64,000 nucleotides of DNA from an uncultured bacterium. GTDB taxonomy: Bacteria; Muiribacteriota; UBA6191. The translations under genes and the position numbers were made by a program. The notes under the pieces were generated by a model, which searched no databases, was not told the origin of the DNA, and saw only the letters and a program-made list of their open reading frames with translations. This document shows, one piece after another, positions 58,801 through 64,000 of the stretch (the first letter of the stretch is position 1; each line of letters opens with the position of its first letter). The stretch lies in NCBI GenBank assembly GCA_964503595.1, contig CAZDAM010000005.1, forward strand, positions 7,597-71,596. Direction: 5' to 3'.

Positions 58801-61371
58801 CATCAGGGTGAACCGGGTCGCCCCGAGATTCATCTCAGCCGTCAGCAGAGGATCGACATCAACAGAAAGCCTCAGGCGACTGTTGATCAAAGGCAGGGTG
58901 CCTTTCCTGAAGAAGCCATCCGGAGTCGGGGACTTGACCACAATCAGATTCGGGCTAAGCTCCTCAAGATCGAGGCTAAGGACAACCGTTTCCACAAATT
59001 GATTGCCTACCCGATCCTGCATGGAAATCTCAAAGAGATAGGTTCCATCCATATTCATCGCAGTCGGATCCGGATAAAAGTCCACCGTTCGGGGATCAAA
59101 AACCTCGATTCTTCCCGGAATGATTCGATCTGCTGTTGTTGTCAGTTCAATTGGACCCTTGGCAACTACGCTCACCTTCTCAGGCCAGGGGCCACTTCCC
59201 GGTTCCACGGTATTGGGGTGTTCCTTCATCACCAGGCGCAAAGGCGCTGGAGCCTTACCGACAATGCTTCCATCCAATGGATGAGTATTTGCCCTATCCA
59301 GTACCGGAGGCAGAGTATCCACAACAAAAGCGACCGACTCCCGGTGTTCCTGAATCGGATTTCCTGCTGGATCAGCCCCGCCAACAATCAGAATTTCGGC
59401 AGGTCCGTCCTTGGCTCCATCTGTGGATGGTCTCACTACAAACTGATAGACGAAATTCAACCCCTGGGGATCCGAGGAAGCCAGACCCGCCTCACTGGCA
59501 AAATCCCCCCTCTGGGTTACAAACATACGCGGAGGCCGAGACATCGGCTCATCCACCGCTACCCCCAACCGAATCGAATCTCCAGGCTTGAAGAAAACAG
59601 GTTTGACTGCCTGGATCGGACTGTCATTCAAAGTTGTCAGCTTTACGACCGGGGCCTTACGATCAATTCGGACCGTCACAAAACGATCTGAGCCTGCTCC
59701 GGAATTCCCGGCTTCATCCCTCGCTACCAGCGTCAGGCTGTAATCTCCATCCTGGGCGCTACCAAGATTCACAAAAGCTCTGAAATTACTGGTAATCGCA
59801 CTCACAGCCCTGGAAGGTTCAACCTGAAAATTCCCGGGGCTGGAAAATTCAACTCTCCCCCCTCTTTCCGTAACTCCATCCAGAGTGAATCCCGGTGTAT
59901 TGGTTGCCAGAATCGCACTTTCTGTCAAAAGCAGAGGAGCTGCCGGGTTCTTTCGATCCAAAGTAACCACGCCCAGATCATGCAACTGAGAAGCTACTTT
60001 CTGATTAGGATCTGTTGGATTGGTGACTATTACCTGAGCCTGAAGACTGATCGTCGCATCTTCTCCCGGGGCAATATTGTTGATTGGGATGGAAACATCC
60101 TTGTCAAAGAACTCTCCCCCACGAAGATTTCGAATCTGCTCTTCCTTGAAAAAGCTGTTGGCCGTGGTTGCTGTGGAAATCTGAAAGACGACGGTATGTG
60201 GGGCATTGCGATCGCAAACAGCCCCCAGAATGGTAACTGCCCCTTCATTTTTGATCCTGCCCCCATCAGCCGGTTCCATCTTCAGAAGATTGAAACATGG
60301 CTCCAAAGACAGCCTTTCCACCTGAAACTGCCTCACGGCAAAATTACCAGCCTCATCCTCCACACGAAGAGTATAAGTGGTCGTCGTAATGCCCAGAGCC
60401 CCCAAAGAGGGATCCTTAGGGAGTTCAATCCCGGAAATCGTAATCCGGCCATTAGCTCCGGCCCGTCTCACGGTTTCATCTCCGGTTCCCTGATTTAAAA
60501 CCCTGATCGTGGAAAACGGAGAATCTGTACCGACATTGATTCCGAAACTGGCCAGATCCGTAGGACCAAAAGGAGTTCCTATTGGTGGAGCGCTCGCTTG
60601 AAAGTTGGTACTCAAATCCGTGATCACCGGTGGGATTTCATCCTGAATCACTCGAATCAGGTTGGAGTCCACCTGCCCCCCACCTGCTGCATTTGTATCC
60701 AAAGGTCGCACCTGCAGCCGAATCTGATTCTCTGTATTCGTCAGAAGCGGAATTGCCCCGACAGAATAATTTCCAGATCCGGGCCTGGTATGGGTATTTA
60801 CGGTTGTTCCGTTGACGACCACATTGACTTCAAACTGATTAGCGGTTCCGGAGAGGGTGTAATTGAGTTCGGCAAAACGATCCAGAGTAAAAAGCCCCAC
60901 CCCGGAAGAAGAAGTACGGATGTTGTTGAGTTTGGCCTGGGCGATCTCAAACATCAGATCCCTTACTACAGGAATCGCCAGTGACGCCGTTGCTTCCGAC
61001 GTATCCCCCGGAGTCAGAGCCAGAATCTTGAGAAACCAGGTATTCTGCTCTTCAAGCAGAGGAACCCTGATTGAAGCTGTTCCTGCCCCTCCCGGCCAGA
61101 TCAGAGGATTCTTTTCAGCCACGATCTGACTTAAATTGGAGTTACGAAAAGCGATCAGGCGATAATTACCAGCATCGGCATCCAGAGCCAGGTTCAGCAC
61201 AATCGAGGAACCCACAGGTTTTAAAACCGTAACCTGGGAAAGCTGGGGAGCCGTGCCATTTATCGCAAAGGACGAAATAGCAGCCTGGGCTGAACTGAAA
61301 CAAGCCAGAATCAACCATAAGACAGGCAGCTGATAAAAACTGGTGAAATAGCGGCAGCACATCGAAGGCAT
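55870..61371 (-). CDS. Giant secreted cell-surface protein with tandem Ig-like domains and C-terminal beta-sandwich sorting-like domain
   Basis: 1833 aa with a signal peptide. Has at least 8 repeats ending in D-x-AGN motifs (VEDEAGN, ARDEAGN, VDTAGN, SDMAGN, WDAAGN, ADPAGN...). The C-terminus GVYFLRVIAEDADGNRDRSTVKLAWLQ resembles T9SS/FlgD-Ig-like C-terminal domains. Confidence 0.7.
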   Translation of the reverse strand: MPSMCCRYFTSFYQLPVLWLILACFSSAQAAISSFAINGTAPQLSQVTVLKPVGSSIVLNLALDADAGNYRLIAFRNSNLSQIVAEKNPLIWPGGAGTASIRVPLLEEQNTWFLKILALTPGDTSEATASLAIPVVRDLMFEIAQAKLNNIRTSSSGVGLFTLDRFAELNYTLSGTANQFEVNVVVNGTTVNTHTRPGSGNYSVGAIPLLTNTENQIRLQVRPLDTNAAGGGQVDSNLIRVIQDEIPPVITDLSTNFQASAPPIGTPFGPTDLASFGINVGTDSPFSTIRVLNQGTGDETVRRAGANGRITISGIELPKDPSLGALGITTTTYTLRVEDEAGNFAVRQFQVERLSLEPCFNLLKMEPADGGRIKNEGAVTILGAVCDRNAPHTVVFQISTATTANSFFKEEQIRNLRGGEFFDKDVSIPINNIAPGEDATISLQAQVIVTNPTDPNQKVASQLHDLGVVTLDRKNPAAPLLLTESAILATNTPGFTLDGVTERGGRVEFSSPGNFQVEPSRAVSAITSNFRAFVNLGSAQDGDYSLTLVARDEAGNSGAGSDRFVTVRIDRKAPVVKLTTLNDSPIQAVKPVFFKPGDSIRLGVAVDEPMSRPPRMFVTQRGDFASEAGLASSDPQGLNFVYQFVVRPSTDGAKDGPAEILIVGGADPAGNPIQEHRESVAFVVDTLPPVLDRANTHPLDGSIVGKAPAPLRLVMKEHPNTVEPGSGPWPEKVSVVAKGPIELTTTADRIIPGRIEVFDPRTVDFYPDPTAMNMDGTYLFEISMQDRVGNQFVETVVLSLDLEELSPNLIVVKSPTPDGFFRKGTLPLINSRLRLSVDVDPLLTAEMNLGATRFTLMNPIRSPSSYPLSLVQTSSQVQVGTTLNRELQSDGSDDGVFVASARLVDTAGNVSDEAVWQFSYDNLLPGVMDGLTFPAPLGMQVQDLREPKQGAVVKGPLRNVSGVLFDRKTPYGYLGSGIRTDISTAAGPISTLELFLQEPFGSALPQPILTGLVKFRAEQSQSAPNYGGPPVVRMLYELNVDPLTIEPMGLTTDGSLDGIYRLELKASDMAGNQSPVSTSWFLYDTQPPFVSIDVKSEQWITSGVLQLSGLAMDVGNRPSGYTGFGSLKGMGVRTVEIRLDAVNALGSATYPALMEWTKLSLDRDPDTHGPGETFYFLAQNRFEYRGKARLSVRAWDAAGNAQMLFRDLSLEQDEIEDPVLIEPKDRFSTPGGIVRFSWKPVEEAQSYVLVIADADGNPVSYVYEAGQVQNDINMENLPTGMLSWRVFAVDGSSQGSPGANGRILYLDRGGPSVISLTTERPVIPPDAQGRILRSEVRFEAVFNESIHPDWPPVGTLEIEPKTYLNSLGQTIVESYPPLGVQLVSLQNNVWKGLLRLEPNDKGWDYNGIGHFKLRGFRDQASNPGSDFTTAMEFDFGPWFEFRIFANPVQEQEVVFVVKGLSRKGGVVEEIADTPFLRIRQFKTPGVESDVDRQEIVSLNRLGKSWFQGGYALDSGLSGTLRLEITGKDADGNQTTRYLPFEIRRLDFSEHGQASLSRVQWVLPWNTLETQPGRMALFNLVPGTPTPGTETVMVDLARYPLSSMGKVAVMACQNDCEWVEQTREESRIIIPKGLRADLRLIQDEMSPVLKAVQTEEEMLNLEEDLRLELHDAGVGIALSDIRLNLDGKGISFEYDGEILTVSRRQIRHSVAQNLSVMVSDRLSNPANLSLLVASVGPVQIQEALVVPNPVRNLKAHLRVRLSRNQASLRVQAYDVAGARVGRAYSMGLQTGLIQIPLREIFSSKPANGVYFLRVIAEDADGNRDRSTVKLAWLQ

Positions 61372-61454
61372 TGAATGGCAGGATTATAACAAAAAAGCGG
61401 CCCTGCCACCCAGATTTGGGCGACAGAGCCGCAAAATTATCATTTCTGCTTGAT

Positions 61455-64000
61455 TCAGCTCTCGTCGGAGCCTTCATCCAGACTGATACCAAAGTTTTTC
61501 AGAACTTCATCCGAGGACATCGGTTCTTCCACCGTGATCTGGAAATTGCCTTCCAGCTCGTTTTCCACGGCTTCTTCCATCAGGCGAGGCTCCTTGTCAT
61601 TGAAGTTGTATTTCAGATGACGATCAAACCCGGTTCCCGCTGGAATCAGATTTCCCATGATGATGTTTTCTTTCAGACCCTGGAGATTGTCAATTTTCGA
61701 GCAGACCGCAGCCTGAGTCAGTACTTTGGTGGTTTCCTGGAAGGAAGCCGCCGACAGGAAGCTGTCCGTGGTCAGGGAGGCTTTGGAAATCCCCTGGATG
61801 ACATTGACGGCAGAAGCCGGTTTAAAACCCTGGGCAACCAGCCTTTCATTGGATTTCTTGAACTCGAAACCATTGACGACCTCACCAGCCAGATACGGCG
61901 AGTCTCCGGAAGCCGTAACCCTCACTTTGCTGACCATGCGACGCAAAATGGTTTCCACATGCTTATCATTGATGGTCACACCCTGGGATTTGTAAACAAA
62001 CTGGACTTCATTCAGAAGATAACGCTGAGCAGTGAAAATACCCATGTTATCGGAAAGTGCTTTAACGTCCACATCCCCTACAGTGAGGCGATCCCCGGAA
62101 GTCACATATTCTCCATCAGCAATAACGGTTTCTTTCAGAGAGCCGGGTACAACCTGCTTCTCAGGTCCGTTTTCCGTTTCAATCACAATGTGATTGCCCC
62201 GGTGGCGCACGACACCGCTATGGGTGGCTACGAGAGCCTCAACTTTTGGTTTTCTGACTTCGAACAGAGCACTGACACGTGGAAGACCCTGAACAATATC
62301 CGTAGTTTTCTTACTTTCGGAAGACCATTTCGCCAGAATGTCGCCCGGTTTGACGGGAACGCCCTCACGAATGAAGACCTCTGCTCCATCCGGAACATTG
62401 TGAACTTCACCAACCTGAACCAGGATCTTCTCGATCACAGAGCGGACCTTGCCGCTCTTGGTCAGGGCATGCACCAGTTTGACAGTACCATCAGCATCGG
62501 AAACCAGACGGGCCAGACGGTCCCCCCGGCGTACGCTGCCTTCAGTGATCAGGACTTCACAGTCATCAGAGAGAGAATATTTCTTCTCATTGATTTCCTC
62601 ACGAATGAAACGGACTCCGCCATCATCCTGCTCAAAGCTGGTGTAATCCATCCAGTCTGTGATCGCATCGCCAACCTCAACCCTTTGTCCCTGCTTGACG
62701 CTGAGAGGCAGAGCTGTCGAGAGGAAGTAATCCTTACCACTGTAAATCAGAATACTGCGAACCATTTCCTCCCCGGTACGCTTGTTGTACTCAGTGATGA
62801 AATTGACCTTACCGCCAATCTGAGCCGTAATGGGTTCAAAAGAATCAATCAGACGGGCTCCAGCCTCGATTTCCTGACCCTCCTCAACCCTTGGTTCGAG
62901 TCCAGCAGGAAGAACGTACTCACGAGATGCTTCATCACCAATAACAGCAACTTTCCTGCATTCCGAGAGAGCGTTGATCTCCACGCGACCCACCTCTTCA
63001 CGCTTCTGATAAAGTTCCTGAGCAATCTCAGCTGTGATGGTAGTTCCAGCATTCACCAGAACATTTCCATCCACCATGGCGGGTTCCATAAGCATGGTAC
63101 CAACCAGCTCCTCCGGTTTCAGATCTGTATCCAGAAGAACCGATCGACGTTCGTAGTGATCCTTGAAGGTCACGGTTCCACTGACTTCTGAAATGAAGGG
63201 AATCGGACCGGTCAGACGCTGACCCTCTTCAACCTTGTCTCCAGCAGCTACGACCACATCAGCCAGATGCAGCTGAGCGCCTTCAGGAATCACGGTTTCG
63301 TGCTCATCCTTAATCAGAACACGCTTACGATCCACAGTTTTATTGGATGCCGAACGGAAAGTTACGATTTTCACCGTACCCTTTGCTTCTGCCACAAACC
63401 TCAGGCGGCTTTCAGCTTCATCCCGATCCACATTCATGGTACCGCTCATGTAGTACTCATGAGTCTTGGTCTGGCGAACGGTAAGGGTCTTGCGACCACT
63501 GTAGATGACTTCTCCATCAGACTCGGAAACAATCGCGACAAGCTCATCCCCGCTCTTGACCTGATCTCCGGTTTTCACACGAAGAACCACACCCTGATCC
63601 GTACTCAGACCCACTGGCTTGGTTGCTGAGGATTTCACTCCTTTGGGAGTTTCATATTCATGATCCTCGTACTCCGTAGAGGCCACGAAAATCATACCGT
63701 TTTCCGAAATCACGCGCTGATTCTTGATTTTGATATCGCGGAACTCTGCCGTTCCATGCATGGAGGAAATCGCAATGCTTTTTTCCGTTCCCAGCATGTA
63801 GAGGTTGTCCCCGGCAGAAATCGGATCCCCGTCCCTAAGCGACATTACAGCGCCCAGCGGAATGGCATAGGTATCAAGAGTCTGGCCCTTGTCATCGACA
63901 ATCCCAACTTTAGCATCTGCGGAAACGACAACTCCGGATTCTTCCTGAACATTCTGATAGCGCAGAGTTCCCGAGAAACTGGAAATATAGCTCGCTGGAT
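61455..64000 (-). CDS. rpoC: DNA-directed RNA polymerase subunit beta' (3' portion; gene continues beyond window end)
   Basis: The C-terminal sequence ...NLIPAGTGF... and upstream conserved beta' regions are present. The reading frame is open to position 64000. Confidence 0.9.
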   Translation of the reverse strand, partial: PASYISSFSGTLRYQNVQEESGVVVSADAKVGIVDDKGQTLDTYAIPLGAVMSLRDGDPISAGDNLYMLGTEKSIAISSMHGTAEFRDIKIKNQRVISENGMIFVASTEYEDHEYETPKGVKSSATKPVGLSTDQGVVLRVKTGDQVKSGDELVAIVSESDGEVIYSGRKTLTVRQTKTHEYYMSGTMNVDRDEAESRLRFVAEAKGTVKIVTFRSASNKTVDRKRVLIKDEHETVIPEGAQLHLADVVVAAGDKVEEGQRLTGPIPFISEVSGTVTFKDHYERRSVLLDTDLKPEELVGTMLMEPAMVDGNVLVNAGTTITAEIAQELYQKREEVGRVEINALSECRKVAVIGDEASREYVLPAGLEPRVEEGQEIEAGARLIDSFEPITAQIGGKVNFITEYNKRTGEEMVRSILIYSGKDYFLSTALPLSVKQGQRVEVGDAITDWMDYTSFEQDDGGVRFIREEINEKKYSLSDDCEVLITEGSVRRGDRLARLVSDADGTVKLVHALTKSGKVRSVIEKILVQVGEVHNVPDGAEVFIREGVPVKPGDILAKWSSESKKTTDIVQGLPRVSALFEVRKPKVEALVATHSGVVRHRGNHIVIETENGPEKQVVPGSLKETVIADGEYVTSGDRLTVGDVDVKALSDNMGIFTAQRYLLNEVQFVYKSQGVTINDKHVETILRRMVSKVRVTASGDSPYLAGEVVNGFEFKKSNERLVAQGFKPASAVNVIQGISKASLTTDSFLSAASFQETTKVLTQAAVCSKIDNLQGLKENIIMGNLIPAGTGFDRHLKYNFNDKEPRLMEEAVENELEGNFQITVEEPMSSDEVLKNFGISLDEGSDES

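Noticed and set aside
61371-63191. 606-aa plus-strand ORF
   Set aside because: Entirely antisense to rpoC, with no recognisable domains and low-complexity composition. It is a mirror ORF of a highly conserved gene.
1-64000. CRISPR arrays, IS elements, integrases, prophage genes
   Set aside because: No direct-repeat/spacer periodicity and no transposase, integrase or phage structural protein signatures were seen in any frame. The only mobile-like content is the dinJ-yafQ islet.

Overview
This 64-kb window reads as core chromosome from a diderm (outer-membrane-bearing) bacterium with roughly 55% GC. It is gene-dense on both strands and mostly housekeeping. No rRNA, tRNA, CRISPR array, transposase or integrase was recognised. 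Many gene pairs overlap by 1-10 nt at stop/start, suggesting translational coupling. In order, the window contains: a FlgJ-like rod-binding protein, alanine dehydrogenase, Rho with a roughly 200-aa highly charged N-terminal extension, a lone SIR2_2-family protein behind an AT-rich 400-bp leader, class II aldolase and trmO. It continues with a His-rich periplasmic protein, a porin-like OMP and znuA-znuB with no ATPase gene adjacent. Next is lipA followed by 2-oxo-acid dehydrogenase E1alpha, E1beta, E2 and E3 and then lipB. Further genes are an SNF-family sodium symporter, an outer-membrane protein with an N-terminal SLH domain, ugd-fcl nucleotide-sugar genes, miaA-mutL, a BI-1 family protein, and a dinJ-yafQ toxin-antitoxin pair in a small AT-rich islet, where the toxin lacks a canonical start codon. 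Then come tsaD, tandem Usp, nadK, trxA, ubiX-ubiA and tatC, and a type IV pilus block: a large PilX-like protein and pilQ-P-O-N-M. After that are a SpoIID/LytB protein and rseP with a tandem catalytically dead rseP paralogue. That paralogue sits inside the conserved rpsB-tsf-pyrH-frr-uppS-cdsA cluster where dxr usually lies. A cell-envelope cluster follows, containing a PD40 lipoprotein, two hypothetical OM or secreted proteins, an MBL hydrolase and a 1833-aa multi-Ig-domain surface protein. The window ends with the 3' part of rpoC. The best candidates for novelty are the standalone SIR2_2 protein, the dead RseP paralogue, the His-rich/OMP/znuAB module without an ATPase, and the giant Ig-repeat surface protein with its hypothetical neighbours. 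None of these can be proven to be a system from sequence alone.
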